A stretch of DNA of 64,000 bases from an uncultured Candidatus Bathyarchaeia archaeon (GTDB taxonomy: Archaea; Thermoproteota; Bathyarchaeia; Bathyarchaeales; Bathycorpusculaceae): assembly GCA_964616775.1 (NCBI GenBank), contig CAZTRN010000002.1, forward strand, positions 45,367 to 109,366. Direction: 5' to 3'. The stretch's first letter is position 1. Every line of letters begins with the position of its first letter. Under the pieces are notes generated by a model. The model was given only the letters and a program-made list of their open reading frames with translations, did no database searches and had not been told where the DNA came from. Positions 55,723 through 63,396 of the stretch are shown here, in pieces. The translations under genes were made by a program, and so were the position numbers.

Positions 55723-56406
55723 ATGGTCATTAAAGCCGTTATATTCGATTTAGACGGAACCATCGCAGCCTTCAACCTAGATTACAAGACTGTTCGTGGC
55801 GAGATTCGAGCGTACTTGATGCGGGTCGGCGTACCAGAATCAATCATCAACCTCAAAGACAACGTATTTGAAATGGTGACCAAAGCGCGAATATTCCTGA
55901 TTCACGCAGATAAACCAGCGGCTTTGGTGGAGGAAGTTCAAAGAGAAGCTTTGAAGATGGCTGAGAAATACGAGTTAGAAGCCGCCACACGAACAAGTCT
56001 TTTGCCAGGTGTGATGGAAACCCTCAAAGAAGTAAAAAAAGCAGGCATGAAAACGGCTTTGTGCACCATAAACAGCGCTAATTCCACGGAACATATTTTG
56101 CAAAGATTCAAAATTGCTCAATACTTCGATGTGGTGGTGCCACGAAACAAGGTAACACAGTTTAAGCCAAATCCAGAACACTTTGGCGCTGCCTTGAAAG
56201 TTTTAGGGGTTCCACCGTCAGAAACTTTGGTTATTGGAGACAGCATTACGGACGTGAAAGCGGCACAAGAAGTGAAAGCCATTTCTGCGGGGTTACCCAC
56301 AGGCATCTCCACACAAGAACAACTGGTTGCACAAGGAGTCAACTACATTTTGACTTCAATTACAGACCTACCAGCCCTAATCCTACGAATAAACAGCCAA
56401 AAATAA
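55723..56406 (+). CDS. HAD-superfamily hydrolase (phosphoglycolate phosphatase-like)
   Basis: AVIFDLDGTI motif I, CTINS motif II and VIGDSITDV motif IV. Confidence 0.8.
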   Translation: MVIKAVIFDLDGTIAAFNLDYKTVRGEIRAYLMRVGVPESIINLKDNVFEMVTKARIFLIHADKPAALVEEVQREALKMAEKYELEAATRTSLLPGVMETLKEVKKAGMKTALCTINSANSTEHILQRFKIAQYFDVVVPRNKVTQFKPNPEHFGAALKVLGVPPSETLVIGDSITDVKAAQEVKAISAGLPTGISTQEQLVAQGVNYILTSITDLPALILRINSQK

Positions 56407-56501
56407 ACACTATTGTGAACACAATTTTCTGCTGCTTAAAACAAGACACAACAATTTCAACCTATGTAAAGCCGCAAAAGCCCAATTTGGGGATGGGGAG
56501 C

Positions 56502-56570
56502 GGCGTGCATCCATTTTAACTCAAAGAGGAGAGAGGGGAGGAAGAGGAATCACAAAACTGGATGCACGCC
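56502..56570. other. 12-bp perfect inverted repeat with purine-rich 45-nt spacer between convergent genes
   Basis: GGCGTGCATCCA (56502-56513) and TGGATGCACGCC (56559-56570) flank TTTTAACTCAAAGAGGAGAGAGGGGAGGAAGAGGAATCACAAAAC. Confidence 0.3.
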
Positions 56571-56580
56571 ACACAAGTGT

Positions 56581-56826
56581 CTAATGGTTGTCGAATTTGA
56601 GAACGGTGACAAGGCGGGTTTTCATTTTTTGGCAAACGGGGTCGGTCGGGTTTATCTTCTCGGCAGCTTTGCTTGTTATGAACACAGATTCACCTTGCTC
56701 AAGATGCCGCTGCACAGCAAAGTAGTCAATTTGGCCGACCTCATGCACTTCAACGTTTTGACTTGGGTCGTCATGTAAAAAGAGCACTTGAAAACTTTTA
56801 GGTTTTATTTTTTCAATATCTAGCAA
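56581..56826 (-). CDS. small hypothetical protein
   Basis: 81-aa ORF with balanced composition. No family was recognised. Confidence 0.4.
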   Translation of the reverse strand: MLDIEKIKPKSFQVLFLHDDPSQNVEVHEVGQIDYFAVQRHLEQGESVFITSKAAEKINPTDPVCQKMKTRLVTVLKFDNH

Positions 56827-56954
56827 AGTAAACAGCCTTCTCTCTGTTTATGAATAAAGCTTCAAAAGACCGACTGAATTTCAAATGTACTTTCTTTGGA
56901 GAATTCTTAAACATATGTGACTGTTAGCCCACAGCTACAGCGACAAAAAAGGCG

Positions 56955-57620
56955 CTATCCAAAAATAAACCGAGATATAGCGTCTTTTTCGCTTAGTGAA
57001 GGGACAATGAGGTCAGGTTGGGCTTTTGCCAACTCTGAAGCTGTATAGGCGCCCTGCGTAACCGCGATGCATTTCATTTTACCAGCTTTAGCAGCTTGTA
57101 CACCAAAAATGGAATCCTCCAAAACCACGCAGTCCACAGGGTTTTGCTCAAGTTTGTGGGCAGTTGTGAGAAAAATCTCAGGGTCAGGTTTGGTTTTGAC
57201 AACTTCATCAACAGTTATGACTGCATCAAAATACTTGGCAACATCCAGAGTTTGAGTCAAGCAGTCTATAACTTGGCGATTATTCATAGACGCCAATCCT
57301 ACGGGAAGTTTTCCGTGCAGCATCTGGAGCAGTTCGCGGGCGCCAGAAAACAGTTCCACTTGACCAGCGTTTTCTATCGCCACACGAATTTTAACCTCAA
57401 CCATGCGTTTAATGAGGTCGGTGTCGATGGGCAAGTTTTTGGCTTGAAGAATCTCGCGAAAAGTCCACGCCGCACCCACGCCAATGCGACGTTCAATAAA
57501 CTCGTCTGAAACATCTAGCCCCGCAACCTCCTGCAAAGCATCATGAAAAGAAGTTAAAATGGCAGCTTTGGTGTCTGCTAAGGTTCCATCCCAATCGAAT
57601 ATGACCGCCCCAAACATCAC
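56955..57620 (-). CDS. HAD-superfamily hydrolase (beta-phosphoglucomutase-like subfamily IA)
   Basis: AVIFDWDGTLADT motif I and the VLEDSIFGVQAAKAAG-type motif IV (VLEDSIFGVQAAKAGKM). Confidence 0.8.
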   Translation of the reverse strand: MMFGAVIFDWDGTLADTKAAILTSFHDALQEVAGLDVSDEFIERRIGVGAAWTFREILQAKNLPIDTDLIKRMVEVKIRVAIENAGQVELFSGARELLQMLHGKLPVGLASMNNRQVIDCLTQTLDVAKYFDAVITVDEVVKTKPDPEIFLTTAHKLEQNPVDCVVLEDSIFGVQAAKAGKMKCIAVTQGAYTASELAKAQPDLIVPSLSEKDAISRFIFG

Positions 57621-57626
57621 GAACGC

Positions 57627-58436
57627 CTATGGTTTTTTGTTGAGCTTTTCGCGAATTGCAGCACTTTTCAAGGTGGCTTGTTCGACGGCGTTCATGATTG
57701 CTTGGCGAACTTGGCTGCTTTCTAAAGCATAGATGGCTTCGATGGTTGTGCCGCCAGGTGTGGTGACCATGTCTCGGATTCGGGCGGGATGCTCGGGCAA
57801 ATCCAAAATCAGCTTGGCAGTGCCTAGCATGTTTTGGGCTGCCGCTTTCTCGGCGATGTTGCGGGGTAATCCAACCTTTAAGCCCGCGTAAATAAGCGCT
57901 TCGGCAATGATGGAGAGGTAGCCAGGTCCACTGCCGCTTAATCCAGTGATGGCATCCATGTATTTTTCGTCCATTTCTTCGCAGCTACCCATCAGGTTCA
58001 GGATGGTTTTGACTTTTTGTTTGTCTTCTTCAGTGACGTTACTATCACAGCAAAACGCTGTGTAGGAAGCTTGAACCAACGCAGCAACGTTAGGCATGAT
58101 ACGTACAACACGGGCGCCAGTGGCATTACGAGTCAAGTAGGACAGAGGCACAGTGGCGGCTGTGGAAATAAGCAGTTTACCTGCCACATCTTTGCTGAGT
58201 TCGTTGAGAACTTTTTCTAGGTCGCCAGGTTTAACTGCGATAAGAACGATGTTGGCTTCTGCAGCGGCTTTATGGTTGTCAGCGGTGGTTGCTGCACCTA
58301 ACGCGGAAAGCTGCGCTAGTTTATCTGCCATGAAGTCGGCTGCTATGATTTTGCCAGGGTATTTGCCTTTGAGGAGGCTTTGGACGATGGCGCCGCCCAT
58401 CATGCCGGTGCCAATAACCGCGATTGTGTCAGCCAT
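57627..58436 (-). CDS. proC: pyrroline-5-carboxylate reductase
   Basis: N-terminal Rossmann IAVIGTGMMGGAI and the C-terminal dimerisation-domain pattern TTPGGTTIEA. Confidence 0.85.
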   Translation of the reverse strand: MADTIAVIGTGMMGGAIVQSLLKGKYPGKIIAADFMADKLAQLSALGAATTADNHKAAAEANIVLIAVKPGDLEKVLNELSKDVAGKLLISTAATVPLSYLTRNATGARVVRIMPNVAALVQASYTAFCCDSNVTEEDKQKVKTILNLMGSCEEMDEKYMDAITGLSGSGPGYLSIIAEALIYAGLKVGLPRNIAEKAAAQNMLGTAKLILDLPEHPARIRDMVTTPGGTTIEAIYALESSQVRQAIMNAVEQATLKSAAIREKLNKKP

Positions 58437-58561
58437 GCTTGGATTCTCCTGTTTGCTTGTACTTTCTGCGGTTTTGGCTCTTAAACTTTTATTTGAACTA
58501 TCTAATCGTTAACCAGCCACTTTGTGGGTTAGTCAAATTTTCCTTACAAAAAGGTTATATT

Positions 58562-59566
58562 ATGAGTAGAACTAACCCAATTTGGCGATATGTGATGAAA
58601 AAAAGTTCACTTGTCGCTCTTTCAATTGTGGCATTTATCATGACTACTAGTTTCTGTAGTTGTTCGAGAGCAAATCCTGTAGGCATTGTAGCATCCACGC
58701 CCAGAATCTCTGTAATTTCTCCGAACGAAGAAGTTTACGGACAAAACAGTGTATCACTATCTTTTAGTGGTCAAGCTGTTACATGGCTGTCAGTAGAATA
58801 TTCCAACGTAAAATACTGGTTAGACGGTAACCTGCGAGGGCAAATCGATAGCCTAGAGGAATCAAAGACTTTTTCCACAGAACTAAGTGGTTTAGCCGAC
58901 GGAGTACATTACATCGAAGTAACCGCAGTTGTTATCGAGTTACAGCGAGCCTACCCTTATGTTGAGGTCCCTTGGGGACCATCACTATTCATAACGTCTG
59001 AAAAAATGAGTTTCACCGTAGACACTACTAAACCCCAAATCACAATTTTACCGCTATCCATTAACTATTTTGAGGACAGAGGCATTGTCAATTTTACTGT
59101 AAATGAACCAGTGGTTTGGGTCAGTTATAGCCTAAACGAAAACAATAATGCCACCATAACAGACACAATTTTAACTCGGTCTTACGGTCAATACAACTAT
59201 CAATTTGCCATAAGTAATCTGACTGAAGGAGCAAACAGCCTGACAGTTTACGCCAAAGATGCAGCAGGAAACGAAGCCTCATCCAAGATAGTCTATTTCA
59301 CGCATTCATCAATATCACCAAGTCTATCGCCTAAGCCGTCTCTGAATCTAACTGAAGTCCCAACGTCGTCTCCTTCGAACTATCTTGATACACAAACTAC
59401 TTCGGCAGAGCAATCTACACCACTGTCCCCTCAAACAGACGAGCAAGCAACAAACGAAGTTAATACAGAAACCTACTTTCTAATAATAGGACTGTTCAGC
59501 ATAATAGCGGTCAGTATCATGATGGGCGCTTCAGTTTACCTAAAAATGAGAAACAATAAAAAATAA
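58562..59566 (+). CDS. cell-surface protein paralog (Ig-like domains, ST-rich linker, C-terminal TM anchor)
   Basis: The start is taken at the ATG at 58562; the ATG at 58595 (MKKSSLVALSIV) is also possible. YWLDGNLRG and ISNLTEGANSLTVYAKDAAGNEASSKIVYF match the 8583-12603 family. The TM ends in RNNKK. Confidence 0.6.
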   Translation: MSRTNPIWRYVMKKSSLVALSIVAFIMTTSFCSCSRANPVGIVASTPRISVISPNEEVYGQNSVSLSFSGQAVTWLSVEYSNVKYWLDGNLRGQIDSLEESKTFSTELSGLADGVHYIEVTAVVIELQRAYPYVEVPWGPSLFITSEKMSFTVDTTKPQITILPLSINYFEDRGIVNFTVNEPVVWVSYSLNENNNATITDTILTRSYGQYNYQFAISNLTEGANSLTVYAKDAAGNEASSKIVYFTHSSISPSLSPKPSLNLTEVPTSSPSNYLDTQTTSAEQSTPLSPQTDEQATNEVNTETYFLIIGLFSIIAVSIMMGASVYLKMRNNKK

Positions 59567-59585
59567 CCTCGATAGGTTATTAGAC

Positions 59586-60797
59586 TTATTGAGTCAAAGT
59601 CTTCAAGATTTTCTGCATCGTCAAAGCAGGGGCATCAGTTCGGACCCCTCGAGTGTTAAAGTGCGTTGCCACAGCTTGAAAACCAGATTCTTTTAAAGCC
59701 TTGAAAAATAGAGCCCCCGCCGGCGCAGACAAACCCAGTTTTCCACTCAACTTATCCAACACATAATAGGTTGCGGGCGCTTCCGACTCAGCTTTAACTT
59801 GACCCAAAAGCTTGCTGATTTTAACGCAGTTACGAAACGCGAAATGAACATTCTCCTGTTGTATGCGTTCAATGAACGCTGTGTCAAAGATGCTACCTAT
59901 CCACAGTGGACCTGCATAGTCCATTTTTGCGCCGCATTCGGGGCATTTTAAGCCGTTGTCAGGGAAGGGTTTGTGGGCGATTTCGCGGTGTTGACAGGCG
60001 TAGCAGTGCAAGATGTAGCCGACGTTTTTGAGGGATTCATCGGCTTTTTGGGCACCATAGCCTATTTGGGTATAGACGCGGATGTAGTGGTCGCTGCAGT
60101 GGCTAAAGAGCACTTTGATGCCGATGTCGTGTTTAGCTGCGGCGTATGCAACAGCGGAAGTTAAGAGGCGGATGGCAAGTTCGTGGCAGTACTCGGTGCG
60201 CAGAGGTCTGCCGCCGTATTTGCGGACACATGCTTTGGCATGAACCCCGCAAAGCGGTGCCATGTCAGTGGCGGTAACTGCCAACAATCCACGGTTTCGC
60301 AACGCCTGAACCGCAGCATCCAAATGCGGCACGGGGGTCCCAAACGGGTCAATGTCAACAACATCAAAGCGTTGCTTAGGGGCGCTGTGCTCACAAAGCA
60401 GTCGGTTAGCGTCTTTGTGCTCAATTTTCACTTTCACGTCTAACCCGTTAAGCTTAACGTTGTGGGCGGCAAGTTGGGCAGCGTGAAAGTTTATGTCACC
60501 ACTGACTACCTCGGATACGCCGTGAAGCTCAGCAGCAAACCGAAGCCCCCGGATACCCGTTGCCGTCAGGGGTTCACAGATGTTTATTTCGTGGTCAACC
60601 ATATGCTGGTAAGCTTGAAACGCTAAAATCGTCAAGTCCCGATTAAACTCCATGACAGGATTGTAGAATACGGGAGCTTTGCTGGGCGCGTAGTCGGAGG
60701 GGCAGACGCCGTACGCTTTCAGGTCAGGAACAAGAAGCTGAATTTTGCCTTCCGTCACGGTTACGGCGGGAAAGGTGGGTGTGTAAGTTTCTGTCAT
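59586..60797 (-). CDS. trm1: tRNA (guanine26-N2)-dimethyltransferase
   Basis: FYNPVMEFNRDL, DIDPFGTP and the Cys4 insert CYACQHRE...CPECG are typical of archaeal Trm1. Confidence 0.85.
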   Translation of the reverse strand: MTETYTPTFPAVTVTEGKIQLLVPDLKAYGVCPSDYAPSKAPVFYNPVMEFNRDLTILAFQAYQHMVDHEINICEPLTATGIRGLRFAAELHGVSEVVSGDINFHAAQLAAHNVKLNGLDVKVKIEHKDANRLLCEHSAPKQRFDVVDIDPFGTPVPHLDAAVQALRNRGLLAVTATDMAPLCGVHAKACVRKYGGRPLRTEYCHELAIRLLTSAVAYAAAKHDIGIKVLFSHCSDHYIRVYTQIGYGAQKADESLKNVGYILHCYACQHREIAHKPFPDNGLKCPECGAKMDYAGPLWIGSIFDTAFIERIQQENVHFAFRNCVKISKLLGQVKAESEAPATYYVLDKLSGKLGLSAPAGALFFKALKESGFQAVATHFNTRGVRTDAPALTMQKILKTLTQ

Positions 60798-60914
60798 TGA
60801 TTACGCCAGTATGGATGGAAGAAGCAGGTTATTGAGATATTAGAGTTCTGGTTGGGGTTGAGGAAACGATGTGTGTCGAGTAGAAATTGTAGTTTGTTGT
60901 AGTGTACACACAGT

Positions 60915-60929
60915 CACAAGTTTTTATTA
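60915..60929 (+). promoter_or_regulatory. BRE + TATA box (copy 1)
   Basis: CACAAGT|TTTTATTA fits the archaeal BRE (cRnaAnt) and TATA consensus, 27 nt upstream of the conserved block starting at 60956. Confidence 0.5.
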
Positions 60930-60955
60930 GCAATTCCAAGGGTAAGGAGTACTTA

Positions 60956-61099
60956 GTGTCCTGAAGCCATCAAGCGTTGCATCAAGTTTGGCGGATCAGG
61001 ATTTAACAAAACGCGGAAGTGTCCCCTCATTCCCCAGTACAGTGTCCTTTTTCCAGCCGCGTGGAGTTAACAAGCCGAGATCCGCCAAACGATAATTTT
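60956..61099 (+). ncRNA. candidate structured small RNA, paralog 1 (family not recognised)
   Basis: It runs from about 27 nt downstream of the TATA to T4 at 61096-61099. A 12-bp closing helix is 60986-60997/61079-61090, and inner helices are TTAAC/GTTAA and CGCGG/CCGCG. The apical segment 61021-61051 is invariant and C-rich. No start codon or consistent frame is present. Confidence 0.5.
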
Positions 61100-61108
61100 G
61101 GAAATCAG

Positions 61109-61495
61109 CTATAGCAGGAAACGAAGTTCATTAAGCCGTGTTTGAATAACCTCAACCAGTCGAAGCTTCAAATCCGAATCAGAAAGTCCCGAGTCAATAT
61201 GGTTAATGCGATGGACAAGTTCCTTGTCACCAAGCGTTTGTCCAATCCAGTTTTGGAAGTCTTTTCGGTTAAAATGAAAACGTACGGTTTGAGGCTCTGC
61301 CTTCTTCAGTTGTTCACAGAAATTTGGCAGGTTTATGGCGGTTTCTCCCGTATATAGACCAATATCGCTGAAAAAATGAAAACCACGCTCATAGGGAACC
61401 GAAGTCAAAATATTGTTAACAGAGGCGGTTTCAAGCGGTTTTTTGGTAGTCTTAAACAAACACAACTCACCCATAGTAATTCGTGAAAAATCCAT
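61109..61495 (-). CDS. small DUF5752-like protein
   Basis: FHFFSDIGLYTGETAINLPNFCEQL...VRFHFNRKDFQNWIGQTLGDKELV resembles the DUF5752 pattern as I recall it. The start is taken at the ATG at 61495 because the longer ORF-track version runs into the promoter and repeat region. Confidence 0.5.
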   Translation of the reverse strand: MDFSRITMGELCLFKTTKKPLETASVNNILTSVPYERGFHFFSDIGLYTGETAINLPNFCEQLKKAEPQTVRFHFNRKDFQNWIGQTLGDKELVHRINHIDSGLSDSDLKLRLVEVIQTRLNELRFLL

Positions 61496-61582
61496 TAAAT
61501 CCGTTTGTGGTTGTGGGAAAACTGTTACATCAAGGAATACAAAGATTATTTTGAGACTGATTTGTTGCTGTAAACAAGCAGT

Positions 61583-61597
61583 CACAAATTTATATTA
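61583..61597 (+). promoter_or_regulatory. BRE + TATA box (copy 2)
   Basis: CACAAAT|TTATATTA lies 25 nt upstream of the conserved block starting at 61622. Confidence 0.5.
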
Positions 61598-61621
61598 ATT
61601 TTTTTAGGGTAACGTGTATTT

Positions 61622-61768
61622 GTGTCCTGAAGCCATCAAGCGTTGCATCAAGTTTGGCGGATCAGATGTTGGCGACAACGCAGATCATTTGTCCCCTCAT
61701 TCCCCAGTACAGTGTCCTTTTCCACTCTGCGCCCAACCAACAATCGAGATCCGCCAAACGATAATTTT
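61622..61768 (+). ncRNA. candidate structured small RNA, paralog 2 (family not recognised)
   Basis: Same architecture as copy 1. The closing helix is 61652-61663/61748-61759, and inner helices are TGTTGG/CCAACA and CGCAGA/TCTGCG. The invariant apical segment is 61691-61721, with T4 at 61765-61768. Confidence 0.5.
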
Positions 61769-61940
61769 GGCTAAACCGAAACTGAGTTGATAAAGCAAGC
61801 TCGAAGGTTATTTTACCAAAAGGGCGCACAAACAAGAAACGAAAAAGCAGATTCTCAGAACCCCCTAAAGGGGCTAAACCGTGGGCGGCTTGTGGTATAG
61901 GCTTAAATAATTTCTACAGGCTACTTGTTTGGGAAACAGC

Positions 61941-63362
61941 ATGACCAAGGAACCCAGCAACCTTCGACTCTTTAACACACTGACTCGTCAGAAGGACAAG
62001 TTTGTTCCCATTGAAGCAGGCAAAGTTGGGCTGTACACATGTGGACCAACCGTTTATGATTACGCGCACATAGGCAACTTTCGCGCCTTCATTTTTGAAG
62101 ACCTGCTGAAACGTTGGCTGGAGTACCGAGGCTTCAAAGTTAATCACGTCATGAACCTCACCGACGTGGATGATAAAACCATCAAAGGCAGCCAAAAACA
62201 GCAAAAACCTCTACGCCAATACACCAACTTCTATGCAAACGCCTTTTTTGAAGATATAAAAATTCTCAACATCCAACCTGCCACCGTTTATCCTCGAGCC
62301 ACTGACCACATTCCCGAAATGGTGAAACTCGTTCAAACCCTAATTCAGAAGGGTTACGCGTACAAAGGTGAAGACGGCAGCATCTATTTTGCCATCAACA
62401 AGTTTCCAGCGTATGGTCAACTTAGCCACATAAAAGTCGCGGAACTTAAAGCGGGTGCCCGCGTCAGCCAAGACGAATACGCCAAAGAAGAAGCTCAAGA
62501 CTTCGCGCTCTGGAAAGCCTACACACCAGAAGATGGCGACGTATTCTGGGAGACTGAACTGGGCAAAGGACGTCCCGGCTGGCACATCGAATGCAGTGCC
62601 ATGAGTATGCAGTATCTTGGCAAGACATTTGACATTCACTGCGGCGGCGTCGACAACATGTTTCCCCATCATGAGAACGAGATTGCTCAAAGTGAAGCCG
62701 CCACAGACAAGCCATTTGTTCACTACTGGATGCACAACGAACACCTGCAGGTAGAAGGCAAAAAGATGGCTAAGCGGTTGGGCAACTTTTACACTCTCCG
62801 CGACCTGCTGGCAAAAGGCTTGGACCCATTGGCGATTCGTTACTTGCTTATGAGCACGCATTATCGGCAGCAATTCAACTTCACCTTTGAGGGGCTGGAA
62901 GCTGCAAAGGGTGCCATTGAACGGCTAGCAAATCTGCAGCGGCGACTTCAAGATGCTAACGGCACAGCAAGATGTGAGAACCTGCCAAGCATTGTTGCAA
63001 GCGTGCAGAGACGTTTCGATGCAGCCATGGACGACGACTTAGACATCAGCACTGCGTTAGCATCGATGTTTGATTTTGTGCGGGAAATAAACAACCTGCT
63101 AGATGCAAATGCGTTAACCAAGCAAGACGCCTCAAAAGTCTCCGCAGTTATAGCCGAATTTGACAGCGTTTTAGGTGTGATTCCTAAGCCGCAAGAAGAA
63201 GCCTTGCCAAAAGAAGCGGAAGAGCTCATCCAGAAACGTCAAGAAGCCCGCAAAGCCAAAGACTGGAAAACCGCTGATGCTGTCCGCGACCAGTTGAAGG
63301 CGATGGGAATTGTAGTGGAGGACACCGCGCAGGGCATAAGGTGGAAACAAGAAAAAACCTAA
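61941..63362 (+). CDS. cysS: cysteine--tRNA ligase
   Basis: The HIGH region is CGPTVYDYAHIGNFR, with zinc ligand contexts and the KMSKS variant KMAKRLGN. The ATG at 61941 is preferred over the TTG at 61929. Confidence 0.9.
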   Translation: MTKEPSNLRLFNTLTRQKDKFVPIEAGKVGLYTCGPTVYDYAHIGNFRAFIFEDLLKRWLEYRGFKVNHVMNLTDVDDKTIKGSQKQQKPLRQYTNFYANAFFEDIKILNIQPATVYPRATDHIPEMVKLVQTLIQKGYAYKGEDGSIYFAINKFPAYGQLSHIKVAELKAGARVSQDEYAKEEAQDFALWKAYTPEDGDVFWETELGKGRPGWHIECSAMSMQYLGKTFDIHCGGVDNMFPHHENEIAQSEAATDKPFVHYWMHNEHLQVEGKKMAKRLGNFYTLRDLLAKGLDPLAIRYLLMSTHYRQQFNFTFEGLEAAKGAIERLANLQRRLQDANGTARCENLPSIVASVQRRFDAAMDDDLDISTALASMFDFVREINNLLDANALTKQDASKVSAVIAEFDSVLGVIPKPQEEALPKEAEELIQKRQEARKAKDWKTADAVRDQLKAMGIVVEDTAQGIRWKQEKT

Positions 63363-63396
63363 AACCAAATGCACTTTTGAAAAAGAGAGTTCGATA

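Larger units (their letters stand above)
60893..61101 (+). repeat. direct repeat unit, copy 1 (promoter + RNA-like element)
   Basis: Aligns over its whole length with 61561..61770. Three blocks of 44, 31 and 25 nt are identical. Confidence 0.85.
61561..61770 (+). repeat. direct repeat unit, copy 2 (promoter + RNA-like element)
   Basis: Aligns with 60893..61101 and has identical 44/31/25-nt blocks. Confidence 0.85.

Noticed and set aside
60956-61101. A small peptide encoded in the repeat, since open frames run through both copies
   Set aside because: No ATG precedes the conserved block. The 4-nt length difference in V1 puts the identical 31-nt block in different frames in the two copies, so conservation is at the nucleotide level, not the protein level.
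60956-61768. The RNA candidates as H/ACA or C/D box guide sRNAs, or as IS110-type bridge RNA
   Set aside because: There is no RUGAUGA/CUGA box pair and no ACA box right after the lower stem. The two variable segments pair with each other instead of forming an open guide pocket. No recombinase gene is nearby.
60893-61770. The repeated units as a CRISPR array
   Set aside because: There are only two copies. The repeat is about 210 bp rather than 25-40 bp, the spacing of about 460 bp contains a protein gene, and no cas genes are in the window.
60893-61770. The repeated units as MITEs or IS remnants, with GTTTGGCGGATC / GATCCGCCAAAC as terminal inverted repeats
   Set aside because: Conservation extends well outside the inverted repeat: a 30-nt 5' block, the promoter and a 3' tail. 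I saw no flanking target-site duplication and no transposase. The internal differences are compensatory rather than random. This cannot be fully excluded without genome-wide copy counts.
61622-61941. Copy 2 as a T-box-like or riboswitch leader of cysS
   Set aside because: Copy 1, which has an identical architecture, has no co-oriented downstream gene. The element has its own oligo-T end 170 nt before the cysS ATG. The idea is kept only as a context note.
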